From assembly GCA_965207735.1 (NCBI GenBank), contig OZ242296.1:800001-864000 (forward strand): a stretch of 64,000 nucleotides of DNA, written 5' to 3'. The notes under the pieces are model-generated. The model ran no database searches and had not been told where the DNA came from. It saw only the letters and a list, made by a program, of their open reading frames with translations. The number at the start of each line of letters is the position of its first letter. The first letter of the stretch is position 1. Made by a program: the position numbers and the translations under genes. Of this stretch, positions 1 to 9,575 are shown piece by piece. The stretch is from Candidatus Versatilivorator sp. (lineage in GTDB: Bacteria; Acidobacteriota; Terriglobia; Versatilivoradales; Versatilivoraceae).

Positions 1-183
1 AAACACCTGCCGCTCTTGAAGTACTATCGGCCGGAGGAATTTCACGAACTCAAGAGGAAAGGGGAGGCGCTCGGAATCCCCCACGTGGAGTCGGGTCCCC
101 TGGTGCGAAGCTCCTATCACGCCGCCGAACAGGTGGACGATCTTCTCGCCAGAGACAGCCGGCCCTTCAAGATCCTGCAGTGA
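1..183 (+). CDS. lipA: lipoyl synthase, C-terminal fragment (runs off window start)
   Basis: Frame 1 reads [14 protein letters not shown]...[14 protein letters not shown] then TGA at 181-183; [11 protein letters not shown] is the LipA C-terminal signature. Confidence 0.9.
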   Translation, partial: KHLPLLKYYRPEEFHELKRKGEALGIPHVESGPLVRSSYHAAEQVDDLLARDSRPFKILQ

Positions 184-184
184 G

Positions 185-850
185 TTAATCCCGCCGCGTC
201 AAGAAACCCTCCAGGCCCTCGGAGCGGAGCTTTTCCAGCGCTTCCGTGGCTTTGGAACGACTCGGGAAATCGCCGACCAGGACCCTGTGGAATTCTCCGC
301 GGGGCGATTGGAAGAGGCTAACCGTCACCGGGTCGTAGTCTCCTTCCAATCTTCTCTTGAGACGCTGAGCCCGGGACTCTTGGGTGAATGAACCCACTTG
401 AACGGCAAGGCTCTCGGTAACCGTCTCGATTCTCAGGATTTCGAGCCGGACTCTGGCCGTCCCGGGTCGGACCATGTCGATTTCTTCGGCAGCCGCGCGG
501 GAAAGATCGATGATGCGCCCCTTGACAAAGGGCCCGCGGTCGTTGACGCGTATCTGAACCCTTTTGCCGTTGTCCAGGTTGTGCACTCGAACAACAGTCT
601 GGAAGGGCAAAGTTCGATGAGCCGCCGTCATGGCTTGCATGTCGTAGACTTCCCCGCTGCTGGTCCTCTCCCCGTGGAAGGGGTCGCCGTACCAGGAGGC
701 CATCCCGTAGATCTCGGAACGCGCCACCCTCAGATCCGGGGAGCCTGGAACCGGCACCAGGAGCCGCTTCTTCCCGCATCCGGCCGAGAACAGCAACAGG
801 GCCAAGCCGGCCCACAAGAAACAGCGGCATTGACGGTGGGACCAGCGCAT
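185..850 (-). CDS. rlpA: septal ring lytic transglycosylase RlpA family lipoprotein with SPOR domain
   Basis: Lipobox LFSAGC, GMASWYG...TAAHRTLP...VNDRGPF...IIDLS (DPBB domain), C-terminal VQVGSF SPOR motif; start set at ATG 850 rather than the ORF-track 1066. Confidence 0.88.
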   Translation of the reverse strand: MRWSHRQCRCFLWAGLALLLFSAGCGKKRLLVPVPGSPDLRVARSEIYGMASWYGDPFHGERTSSGEVYDMQAMTAAHRTLPFQTVVRVHNLDNGKRVQIRVNDRGPFVKGRIIDLSRAAAEEIDMVRPGTARVRLEILRIETVTESLAVQVGSFTQESRAQRLKRRLEGDYDPVTVSLFQSPRGEFHRVLVGDFPSRSKATEALEKLRSEGLEGFLTRRD

Positions 851-1097
851 TGAACGAGGGCAACGGGAGTTGATTGAATTCAGGAGAGGTCTCTGGCTAG
901 CCACTGGGTGGATCAACGAGGGAAAGTCCACCCGAGGCGGTGCTTCCCTGCTGTTCGACTTATTACGTGCCCGGGAAACCGGCCACACTATTCCTCGCGT
1001 CTTGGAACTGTACCGAAAAAACTGTTCTTCGGAGCCGACAGACCTGCTCGGGCCGGTTTTTTCCAACGGGCATCAGGGTAGCGACCTGCCGGCCGGG

Positions 1098-1337
1098 CTA
1101 AACTCTGGCATCGTCCAACGGCCAACTGTAGAGCCTGCCCTGGCGACGATCGAATTCCAACTGTCGCTCTTCCCTGTCCATCAGTTCCTGAATGTACTCC
1201 AGGACCTGTTCCTCGCCCCGTTCTGAAATCTGTTCCAGACAATTGATGATAGCGTCACGCAACTGCGTATGATGAGCGCCGGCTTTACCGGCATCCTGCT
1301 GCGAGCAGGATTGGCTCACTGACTTCGAATTTTCCAT
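1098..1337 (-). CDS. small hypothetical protein
   Basis: 79-aa ORF with AAAGGAG RBS upstream of ATG; no recognisable motif. Confidence 0.45.
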   Translation of the reverse strand: MENSKSVSQSCSQQDAGKAGAHHTQLRDAIINCLEQISERGEEQVLEYIQELMDREERQLEFDRRQGRLYSWPLDDARV

Positions 1338-1741
1338 TCTCGCTCCTTTCCGTGGGACGGTACCTCAAGTCGCCGGATTTGGGACAAAAAAGACCCTGGT
1401 TGAAGCGCCTTGCAGCGCTTCATCGAGAGGCCACGGAAATCAGGTCTCTCTGCAAAAGATACGGTCAAGAACAGGGCCACTATATTCCGAAATTTGTATT
1501 TAGGCAATACTTGTTTCTGCCTATTTTTTTCTCATTTTCGCGGTCGGAAACCGTCCCGGATTTTTCAGGTTCCTTCTAAGATTAGTTGACTCAATATGTT
1601 GTTAATTAGAGACTTATAGAAACTGTTCCCAAGCCTGAACCCACCGAGCCCGGGTTTTTGGGATCGCCAAGCGGGTCTCGAATGCCGGATAGGCGAGCTG
1701 CCTCGAAACTGCTCGGGCGCCGCATCCTTCCGGAGTTGATT

Positions 1742-3157
1742 TCAAGCCTGTCCGTCCGGCTTCAGTTTTTGCAGAATCTCTCCAACTCGTCTCTTTAGAG
1801 CGGCCTCGTCCAGCGTTGTCACGGTGCCCTGATCGAACAGCACCTTCCCCTCTGCCATGGTCAGGATCACATCCGACGCTCTGGCGGAATGAACGATGGC
1901 AGTCACCGGAGAAAACACCGGCTGGGTGTGGATTCCGGACAGATCGACCGCGATCAAGTCGGCTTTCTTGCCGGCTTCCAGAGACCCGATCGAGCTGGAC
2001 AACCCCAGTGCCTGGGCACCCCCCAGGGTTGCCAGTTGGAGTGCCTGCTCGGCCGCAAAGCCCTCCCGCGTGCTGCCGGCGTCCACCGACCCGTCTCCCC
2101 GGTCGAGCCAGGAGGGATTGAACAGGCCGAATCGCATCTCCTCAAACAGATCCATGCTGTTGTTGCTGGCCACGCTGTCGCTTCCCAACCCTAGCGGGAT
2201 TCCGGCGTGGAACAGCCGTTTCAGGTTCATCGATCCGTGGCCCAGTTTCCAATTGGACTTGGGGCAGTGGGCCACCGAGACGCGGCTCTTTCTGAGCAGG
2301 GGCATGTCGGCGGGCTGCAGCCGAACGCAGTGAACCAGCAGGGTTCCGGGGACCAGGGCCCCAAGACCGTGCAGGTATTGAATCGGACTGCACCCCGGAG
2401 TCGACCACCGGATGCCCCTGGCGCGCAGGGCATCCGCCATCGGTCCCTTGCCCGACTCGATCAGCAGGCTCTCCTCCTCGGACTCGGCCGCATGAATGCA
2501 CACCGGCAGATCTCTGGAGGCCGCCCATTGGCCGACCTTGCGGAACAGAGGCCCGCTCACGCTGTAGGGGGCGTGGGGAGACACTCCCAGAACGATCCTG
2601 TCGGAAAGGCTTCCACTGGATCGAGGCGACTGGTCGGCTGCACTCCCGATTCGCTCTTGCAGCTTCTCCAGTTTTCCCTCCAGGTCCTTTAGCCGCTCAT
2701 CGGCTTCCTCCGGCCTGGGCGAGAAGACCTCCTGAAACAAGACTCCCCGAAGGCCGCTGGCGGTGAGGGCATCCAGGCCGGCGCCCAGATCCATGGCGTC
2801 ACCCAGGGTGGTGACGCCGGCCCGAATGGCTTCGCAGGCGCCCGCCATGGCCGAGACTTCGAGGTCCCGGCGGGTCAGGAGCTCATACTTGGTCCGGGTG
2901 AGGCGCCGGATCCAGTCCCAAAAGGGAAGGTTCTCCAGGTAGCCCCGCAGCAGCGTGAGCTCCAGGTGGGAGTGCACATTGACCAGGCCGGGAAGCAGAG
3001 CCGCGCCCCTGAATTCCCGCACTTCCTGTCCGGGGTAGCTCCTGACCATGTCCGCGGCGGGGCCAAGGTCCTGGATGCGCTCGCCACTAAGGACCACCGC
3101 TCCCTTGGAAATCGGCGGGGAGCTGATCGGGATCACCCAGCTGGCGGAGAGAATCAT
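1742..3157 (-). CDS. metal-dependent amidohydrolase (MTA/SAH deaminase-like)
   Basis: PGLVNVHSH, HAPYS, IHAAES, HCPKSN, LGSDS, GSLEAGKKADLI motifs. Confidence 0.85.
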   Translation of the reverse strand: MILSASWVIPISSPPISKGAVVLSGERIQDLGPAADMVRSYPGQEVREFRGAALLPGLVNVHSHLELTLLRGYLENLPFWDWIRRLTRTKYELLTRRDLEVSAMAGACEAIRAGVTTLGDAMDLGAGLDALTASGLRGVLFQEVFSPRPEEADERLKDLEGKLEKLQERIGSAADQSPRSSGSLSDRIVLGVSPHAPYSVSGPLFRKVGQWAASRDLPVCIHAAESEEESLLIESGKGPMADALRARGIRWSTPGCSPIQYLHGLGALVPGTLLVHCVRLQPADMPLLRKSRVSVAHCPKSNWKLGHGSMNLKRLFHAGIPLGLGSDSVASNNSMDLFEEMRFGLFNPSWLDRGDGSVDAGSTREGFAAEQALQLATLGGAQALGLSSSIGSLEAGKKADLIAVDLSGIHTQPVFSPVTAIVHSARASDVILTMAEGKVLFDQGTVTTLDEAALKRRVGEILQKLKPDGQA

Positions 3158-3930
3158 GAGGCCAGTACCCGCGGGCCGAACGGGGCCAGGCGATAGCTGA
3201 CCTTGCCGGGGGAAGAGGCTATTTCAAAACCCGTGACACAAAATCCCCCTCCAAAAAGATCGGTGACCTGTCGCCTGAACTCCTGCTGAATGGCCGCTGT
3301 CCGGGCAGGATCCCCGCTCCGGATTAGCGCAATGTCGGCCGGAAGATGCACGTCCACCGATTCTGCCGGAAGCCGGTTTTCCTCCCGATTCATGCCGCTC
3401 TCAACTCGGGAGCGCACCCGGGGACTGCGCAGGTGCCATTCGGCCACCAGGCGATCGGTGGGAAGGCGGCCGTGCAGGGTGCTGGTGCTGGGGCCGTAGG
3501 CATCGGCCACGTAGCGTCGGCAAATGACTCCCAGACCTTCCAGATTGAAGTTCGCGTTGTGGATTTCCAGCGGATCGAAGGTCCACTCGATGCGGTGAAA
3601 TCCCCGGCGGATGGCCTCCTTACGCTGGGCCAGCTTGAGCGCCCTGCCAATGCCTCTGCGTCGAAACCCGCGCAGCACCCCTAGCATCTGGGAGTGAAGG
3701 TAGGATTCCCCCTCCCGGAAACCGGGGAACGCGTTGATGAATCCGGTGACCCGCCCTCCTCCATCCAGGGCCCCCAGCACCAGGCCTCCGATCTTGTCGA
3801 GGAGCAGCAACGTCCTCAAGGGCAGCAGGTCTTCATCCTTCCAGCCCCAGGTCGCCCGCTGGATCTCGACGCATTGACGCAGTGCCTCAAGCGAGGTCAG
3901 CTCTTCGATTCGAATCTTGGAGTCCGGCAT
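3154..3930 (-). CDS. GNAT family N-acetyltransferase
   Basis: HSQMLGV..FRRRGIGRALKLAQR acetyl-CoA motif, WTFDPL, PTDRLVAEW; 4-bp overlap with the downstream gene. Confidence 0.8.
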   Translation of the reverse strand: MPDSKIRIEELTSLEALRQCVEIQRATWGWKDEDLLPLRTLLLLDKIGGLVLGALDGGGRVTGFINAFPGFREGESYLHSQMLGVLRGFRRRGIGRALKLAQRKEAIRRGFHRIEWTFDPLEIHNANFNLEGLGVICRRYVADAYGPSTSTLHGRLPTDRLVAEWHLRSPRVRSRVESGMNREENRLPAESVDVHLPADIALIRSGDPARTAAIQQEFRRQVTDLFGGGFCVTGFEIASSPGKVSYRLAPFGPRVLAS

Positions 3931-3973
3931 GGGTTGCTATCGGTGGAGGGGGACCGCCTGAGGTGTCCCGGCG

Positions 3974-4789
3974 TCACTCGCCCACGTAGGTGAGATTGAA
4001 GAAAATGAAGTCTGCCACAAAATGGGAGACCAGGGCTGTCTCGAATCCCGCCCGCCAAAAGATGCCTCCGAACACCATCCCCGCCAGAAAGGCGGTCGTG
4101 AAGCCGAAGCTGCCATGGACCAGTCCGAACAACCAGGCGGACAGAAGAATGGAACCCAGGACCGCGAGCCACCCCAGGCGGGTCCATCCGCGATCCCTCA
4201 GGGGCTGGAGCATGCGAGCCAAAATATAGTAGAAGGCGGTCAACAGGAAGAAGCGAAAGACCAGTTCCTCGGTTGCCGCGGCCCGTAGCGACAGGACGAA
4301 GCTGTCGTAGAAACTGTCCATTTCACGCAAGTAGTACGGGATCCTTGGACTGAAGCGAAAGTGAGCGAACATGCGATGAAACGAAAGGCCGATGGCTGCT
4401 CCCGGAATGACCCCGAAGATCATGAGTCGTCGTCCCTTGCCGAGCCAGCCCGAGGGACGGTTGGCCAGGAAGGGCTGCAGGCCGGTCTTCATAGCGAATA
4501 CCGCTCCCAGAAAGGCGCAGGGCCCGTACAGACAAGACAGCCTCAGGAATTCCCACCAGGGCCAGTCCCGGCTTTGCTGGAGATTCAGGTCCGACAGGCA
4601 TTGGCTGAAGCTGGCCAGAAGACCCAGGACGGCGGCGTATCTGGCGGCCGTACGCCAATCGATTCCCTGAAAGAACCAGGGGGGGTGCCTGGCGGGCGCG
4701 CGGGGCGACCCGGTGGCTGTCGTCGTGTCTGATGGTGAGTCCGGATTCAACGGGTCGCACCCCTTTGCGGGCCGAAACTGCCGACCCAA
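3974..4789 (-). CDS. CPBP (CAAX/Abi) intramembrane glutamic endopeptidase
   Basis: Multi-TM protein with EELVFR, FGLVH and H..D motifs; exact start uncertain. Confidence 0.75.
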   Translation of the reverse strand: MGRQFRPAKGCDPLNPDSPSDTTTATGSPRAPARHPPWFFQGIDWRTAARYAAVLGLLASFSQCLSDLNLQQSRDWPWWEFLRLSCLYGPCAFLGAVFAMKTGLQPFLANRPSGWLGKGRRLMIFGVIPGAAIGLSFHRMFAHFRFSPRIPYYLREMDSFYDSFVLSLRAAATEELVFRFFLLTAFYYILARMLQPLRDRGWTRLGWLAVLGSILLSAWLFGLVHGSFGFTTAFLAGMVFGGIFWRAGFETALVSHFVADFIFFNLTYVGE

Positions 4790-4857
4790 TGCCCTAAAAC
4801 AAGGTGGCTAGGGCAACGCGAAACCGTCCGAAGCACAGGCCACCCTGTCTCCCCGGT

Positions 4858-6036
4858 TCAGCCCGGGGGGACTTCGACTTCCTGACCGCACCTCTCCGCA
4901 GACAGGTAGGAGGCGTACATCACGGCCAGCGTGTCTTCCGCCAATTCCCCACCGGACTGCGGCTCCCGCCCGGTGAAGACGCACTCCATGAAGTCCTGCA
5001 GCTCTTGCGGGTAGCCGCTCATCCAGTCTTCGTCGGGCGCCGGATGGCTCCAGCCCTGCTTGGTCCCAATTTTCTCCACGATATAGACATCCCGGAGCTG
5101 AACATCCTTGGGGTTGTAGGTGGTAACGGAGTCGGTCGGATTGATATTGCAGCGGGTGCGATGGTTGTTGGCCGTGACTTCCAGCCAGTTGTGCACGCCG
5201 CCCATCACGATCTCGCTGGAGAAGATGTCGGCCACCATGCCGTCCTCGAAGACCACATGCATCTGGCCGTAGTCCTCGACATCCTGGTAGTCGGTCCGCA
5301 GCAGTCCGGCGTCCCGATAGGTGTCCAACCGGGTGATCTCATGGACCCGGGCGCTGACCGAGCGGGGACGCAACGGTCGGCCCAGCCTGGCCAGGCCTTC
5401 CTCCCGCTTGAGGTAGAGCGCTGCCGTCAGGGGGTGGCAACCCTTGCCCACGATGGAGCCTCCTCCCGCCTGGGACCAGTGCCCGTAAGCTTCTGAGTGG
5501 GATCCGCTGTGGGATTCCTCTCCCATTATCCACAGGATTTGACCCTGGCTGGAGCGCAGAATCTCCCGCTCTTTTTGAACGGAGGGCGCGTAGACCCAGT
5601 TCTCGGCATACATGAGCTGCCGCCCCGAGCGGGCGGCTTCCTCCCGTATCCGGCGAGAGCTCGACAAGGCCTCCCGCATCATGGTTTCCCTGGAAAAGCT
5701 GCGGGCATCGAAGGAGTCCTGTCCTGCCCCGAAGTAACCGGTGAGCGGCTTTTCCACAATGACGTGCTTGTTGGCTTTGAAGGCCTCGACAGCCACGGCT
5801 TCGTGCACATAGGCAGGCGCGCAGATATCCACTACGTCCACTGCATTCAACAGGCCCTGCAGGGAGTCGAACGCCGTCAGACCGTGGACACCGGCAAAAG
5901 CCGCAGCGCTTTTCCGGGACCGGGACACGACACCCACCACCTCCAACGGGACGCCAAAGACCTGCTGGTAGCAGGCCAGGTGAAAACGGGCGGCGAATTG
6001 AGCCCCAACGATGCCGACTCGAATTGTTGAATGCAT
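4858..6036 (-). CDS. Gfo/Idh/MocA family oxidoreductase
   Basis: N-terminal Rossmann VGIVGA, HVIVEKP, GGGSIVGKGCHP. Confidence 0.85.
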   Translation of the reverse strand: MHSTIRVGIVGAQFAARFHLACYQQVFGVPLEVVGVVSRSRKSAAAFAGVHGLTAFDSLQGLLNAVDVVDICAPAYVHEAVAVEAFKANKHVIVEKPLTGYFGAGQDSFDARSFSRETMMREALSSSRRIREEAARSGRQLMYAENWVYAPSVQKEREILRSSQGQILWIMGEESHSGSHSEAYGHWSQAGGGSIVGKGCHPLTAALYLKREEGLARLGRPLRPRSVSARVHEITRLDTYRDAGLLRTDYQDVEDYGQMHVVFEDGMVADIFSSEIVMGGVHNWLEVTANNHRTRCNINPTDSVTTYNPKDVQLRDVYIVEKIGTKQGWSHPAPDEDWMSGYPQELQDFMECVFTGREPQSGGELAEDTLAVMYASYLSAERCGQEVEVPPG

Positions 6037-6101
6037 GGATTCTTGTCCTCCCGTAGGGGGGACACGCGGGTGGCAAGAGAGCCCGGTGACCTTTCGACGG
6101 G

Positions 6102-7298
6102 TTATCGAGGTGTCCCGGAAGTTCCCTTGGCTCCGTCCTCAGCCAGAAAGGTTCCGAGCCTTTGCAGGGCTTCCCGCAGGATGTCTCGGTCGGCCGCGTA
6201 GCAGAGGCGCACCGAGCCTTCCCCTCCGGCCCCGAAGGCCACACCGGGAGCGAACCCGACTCGCATCCGGAGCAGAAACCTGCGGCAGAAGTCGAAAGAG
6301 TCGGACAAGCCCTCGATACGGGGAAACAGGTAGAAGGCTCCCAGCGGTTCGGGAAGCGTGACTCCCGGCATGGCCTCCAGGGCCTGCCGGCAAAAATCGA
6401 GGTTGTCCCGCAGCCGCTCTCGCATCGACTCCAACTCCGATTCCCCGTCCCGTAGAGCCGCTTCTCCCGCTTTCTGAGCCATGGCCGGAGCGTGGGAGAC
6501 CACGAACTCGTTCAGTTCGGTAGACTTTTTGGCCGCATCCCGGCGGGTCACCAGCCATCCCAGACGCCAGCCGGTCATGCAGTAGGTCTTGGAGAAGGAT
6601 TGCACCACCAGCACGGCGTCGTCCCGGTCACACAGGCGCAATATCGACGGGGCCACCTGCCCGCCGTAATAGAGGCGTTCATAGACTTCATCGGCCAGCA
6701 GCCACAAACGGTGGCGGCGGCAGAACTCGAGCAGCGACTCCTGGTCCTGCAAGGAAGCCACCCAGCCCAGCGGGTTGGAAGGCGAGGTATAGAGGAGCAG
6801 CCGGGTTCGCGTGGTGAGGCAGGACTTGAGCCGGTCGAAATCGATCTCGTAACGGGAGCCCCTCAAGACCATCGGCACCTGCCTGGGTTTGGCGTTGAAC
6901 ATCTGCACGATGGCCGAACCGTTGGGCCAGGCCGGAGTCAAGAGCAAGGCCTCGTCCCCCGGATCCAGGGCGCAGCGAATGCCGACATTGAGGGCCTGTA
7001 CCCCGGAGCTGGTAATGACAATCTCCGATCCGGGGTCCAGTTCCACCCGGTGCAGCTCCCGGTACTTTTCCGCCAGGGCCTTTCGCAGGCTGGGAAGACC
7101 GGCGTTTTCGGTATAGAAGGTGTATCCGTCGGCCAACGCCCGGATTGCCGCCTGCTTGATGTAGTCGGGCGTGGGTTGGTCCGACTCACCGAAATAGAGC
7201 TTCAGCACCCCGTCCATGGAAAAGGCGATATCGGCGATCTCGCGAATGCGTGAAGCCGGCACCGCGGCGACCGAAGATGCCAGGGGAGCCTTTTCCAT
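6102..7298 (-). CDS. class I/II PLP-dependent aminotransferase
   Basis: SPSNPLG, ADEVY, SFSKTYCMTGWRLG; start at ATG 7298 (MEKAP). Confidence 0.88.
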   Translation of the reverse strand: MEKAPLASSVAAVPASRIREIADIAFSMDGVLKLYFGESDQPTPDYIKQAAIRALADGYTFYTENAGLPSLRKALAEKYRELHRVELDPGSEIVITSSGVQALNVGIRCALDPGDEALLLTPAWPNGSAIVQMFNAKPRQVPMVLRGSRYEIDFDRLKSCLTTRTRLLLYTSPSNPLGWVASLQDQESLLEFCRRHRLWLLADEVYERLYYGGQVAPSILRLCDRDDAVLVVQSFSKTYCMTGWRLGWLVTRRDAAKKSTELNEFVVSHAPAMAQKAGEAALRDGESELESMRERLRDNLDFCRQALEAMPGVTLPEPLGAFYLFPRIEGLSDSFDFCRRFLLRMRVGFAPGVAFGAGGEGSVRLCYAADRDILREALQRLGTFLAEDGAKGTSGTPR

Positions 7299-7446
7299 GA
7301 TGGCTTCAGACTGTCCGGGACAGCGGGAAACGTTCTTGTTGAGTTGGGTCGGCACTGTTCGAGCTCGTGGCTGCCACCCAGATCACGGGAAGACCTGCCG
7401 AATTCATTGAAATAGCGGAGAGGCTGTGGTACAAGAAAACTCAAGT

Positions 7447-7523
7447 GGCGCTATGGTGTAATTGGTTAACACGCTGCCCTCTCAAGGCAGAGAGTACGGG
7501 TTCGATCCCCGTTAGCGCTACCA
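7447..7523 (+). tRNA. tRNA-Glu (anticodon CTC)
   Basis: Cloverleaf: acceptor GGCGCTA/TAGCGCT, D arm GTGT..ACAC, anticodon arm CTGCC-CTCTCAA-GGCAG, T arm ACGGG-TTCGATC-CCCGT, encoded CCA. Confidence 0.95.
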
Positions 7524-7839
7524 ACCTCCTCAAGCCCTGAAATCCTCTCCTCAATCTTCTGATCCGCGCGAAGGCACCAGGCAACCTGGTGGTCGACGCC
7601 CGATAACGCAGGTTCGATTCCGAACCTGAATTCTATCCAAACAGTATCAGAAGAAGCCACGGGCAGGCGAGTCCTTTGAGATCCACGCTGCCTTCAAGTC
7701 GTTCCCGTTCGATCTCCTCCAGGTTTAGCTGAAGGGTGATGCTGGTTGGACCGCGGAAAACATTCTTTTTGCCCTCCTTTCGATCCAGGCAAAAATCAAA
7801 GAGGAGGGCAGCGGCGCCGGTCGGAATGTTAATGAACAT

Positions 7840-7890
7840 GCATATCATTATCATTATAGTATTGACATCCTTCACCGACGCTCCTATCCT
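7840..7890 (+). promoter_or_regulatory. sigma70 promoter with adjacent Fur-box-like site
   Basis: TTGACA (7862-7867), 17-bp spacer, TATCCT (7885-7890); just upstream is CATATCATTATCATTATA, whose reverse complement TATAATGATAATGATATG resembles the GATAATGATAATCATTATC Fur box. Confidence 0.65.
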
Positions 7891-7955
7891 GGCCACTTGG
7901 GTGCGGCAACTGTCATTGTCAGTTTTCGCCGCTCCCCGGGAGGAGGTGTCCCTTC

Positions 7956-9197
7956 ATGTCAGAGAGTCCTTTCGTCCAACGCCTTGGCCGCAGAGCATTT
8001 CTGGGGGCACTCTTTGCCCCGACCGCTCTCGCACTTGCCGACTGGAAGGAGTTCCGCGGAAACGGCTCCAGCTTGCTTGCCGGCCGGGAGCGCCTGCCGC
8101 TGGAGTGGTCGGATCAGACCAATCTCTCCTGGAATGCCACAACTCCCGGGTATGGTCAGTCCAGCCCCGTCATCTTCGATCGACACGTCTTTGTGACCTC
8201 CGTTGAAGGGGCTCGCAAGGATACTCTGATCCTCTCGGCCTTCGACCTTGCCGACGGAAGAGTACTCTGGACCCATCGAGCGGCGCCGGCACAGTCCATC
8301 CAGGAATCGGACATGATCAGCAAGGCGGCGCCCACTCCCATTGCCGATGCCGCCGGTGTCTACGCCTTCTTTGAAACAGGCAACCTCGTGGCCCTCGATC
8401 ACCAGGGACAACTCCGGTGGGAACGCCGGCTGACGGAGGAATTCGGAGAATTCAGGGGAAGGCACGGCATCGGAAGCTCGCTTCGCCTCTGCCAGTCCGG
8501 CGTGATGGCCCTGGTGGCCCACGCCGGGCCTTCCTATCTGATCTGTGTCGATCCGCGGACAGGCAAGACCGTTTGGAAAACGGACCGCCCCAAGAAGGTT
8601 TCCTGGACGACCCCCGCGGTGACGGAGCAGGATGGTCGCGAGTTGGCGCTGGTCAGCGGCGGCGACCGCGTGGACGCCTACGATACAAAGGACGGTTCAC
8701 TGCTGTGGACCCTGGAGGGGTTCGAACGGGCCTCCGTTCCGTCACCCACCCCCACCCCGGGAGGCGCGATCATCGGTTCCAGCAAGAAGGGCTGGACCTC
8801 GGCCATCCGGTTCGGCTCGGCTGCTTCTACAAAGCCCGAGATCGCCTGGAGAGCCGCCGAGGCTACTTCCTATTTCAGCTCTCCCCTGGTGCACCGCTCG
8901 CGCGTGTATATGGTCAACAAGGCCGGCGTCGCCTTCTGCCTGGACCTCGAGACAGGTCAGGAAGTGTGGCATCAGCGGCTCGAGGGGCCCTGCTGGGCCT
9001 CCTCCATCGCGGCCGGCGATTCCCTTTACTTTTTCGGCGTGAATGGAACCGTTGAAGTCTATAGCCCAGCGGACTTTCCTTCGAAGATTGCCGAGAATAA
9101 GCTATCGGAAGAATCACGCCTTTACGGCATTGCCGTGGACGAAGGACAGTTGGTCCTCCGCTTTGGCCGCCGACTCACCTGCATCCGGCAAGCCTGA
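7956..9197 (+). CDS. PQQ-binding-like beta-propeller repeat protein, putative Tat export
   Basis: GRRAFL Tat-like motif, DWKEFRG, SSPVI, repeated D..G...W propeller motifs; GGAGGAGG RBS. Confidence 0.8.
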   Translation: MSESPFVQRLGRRAFLGALFAPTALALADWKEFRGNGSSLLAGRERLPLEWSDQTNLSWNATTPGYGQSSPVIFDRHVFVTSVEGARKDTLILSAFDLADGRVLWTHRAAPAQSIQESDMISKAAPTPIADAAGVYAFFETGNLVALDHQGQLRWERRLTEEFGEFRGRHGIGSSLRLCQSGVMALVAHAGPSYLICVDPRTGKTVWKTDRPKKVSWTTPAVTEQDGRELALVSGGDRVDAYDTKDGSLLWTLEGFERASVPSPTPTPGGAIIGSSKKGWTSAIRFGSAASTKPEIAWRAAEATSYFSSPLVHRSRVYMVNKAGVAFCLDLETGQEVWHQRLEGPCWASSIAAGDSLYFFGVNGTVEVYSPADFPSKIAENKLSEESRLYGIAVDEGQLVLRFGRRLTCIRQA

Positions 9198-9257
9198 GCG
9201 GCGGCAACACTCTCGGATAGTCCTCCCGCCGTCGCTCCCTGCCATCCATTCCCTTAT

Positions 9258-9400
9258 CTGAAACAATCGACAACCGAAAAAGACAAAAGAAAAAGAGTGA
9301 TCCACGAAGGGCCACTAAGGCGTTGAGGTTAACCGCGACGGGATGTCAAGGTCGCGAAGAGATGGTCGATTTCTGATTGTTTCACTCTATGTAGAATCCG
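9258..9400 (-). repeat. dispersed ~150-bp intergenic repeat, copy 1
   Basis: Reverse complement aligns by eye with 43218-43386 and 47416-47578; short inverted ends TGAAACAA/TTGTTTCA. Confidence 0.8.
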
Positions 9401-9446
9401 CCCGGGCGGGCCGGACTTGCCTGGAGAGTCCGATAGAAAAAATTCA

Positions 9447-9475
9447 TTGCAATTGAAATTCATTTTCATAATAAT
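9447..9475 (+). promoter_or_regulatory. Fur-box-like operator overlapping the TonB-receptor promoter
   Basis: 7-1-7 inverted repeat TGAAATT-C-ATTTTCA (9454-9468) between TTGCAA (9447) and AATAAT (9470). Confidence 0.6.
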
Positions 9476-9575
9476 CTCCTGAGTGAAACGCCCTCCGCGG
9501 GGATTCGCTTCCGGCGCCCCATTCCCAAATCGCCACCTCAAGGAAAATCCGCACGTGCCGAAGAGAAGGAGTCGC

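Noticed and set aside
870-1060. Possible cobalamin riboswitch upstream of rlpA (GGGAAG...AGCCAGAGACC on the minus strand)
   Set aside because: The core GCCCCCGC.ACTGT and GCCACTG elements are missing, and the downstream gene is unrelated to B12
7590-7635. Second tRNA or att-site duplication (GGTTCGATTCC)
   Set aside because: No cloverleaf, no match to the tRNA-Glu 3' end, and no integrase in the window
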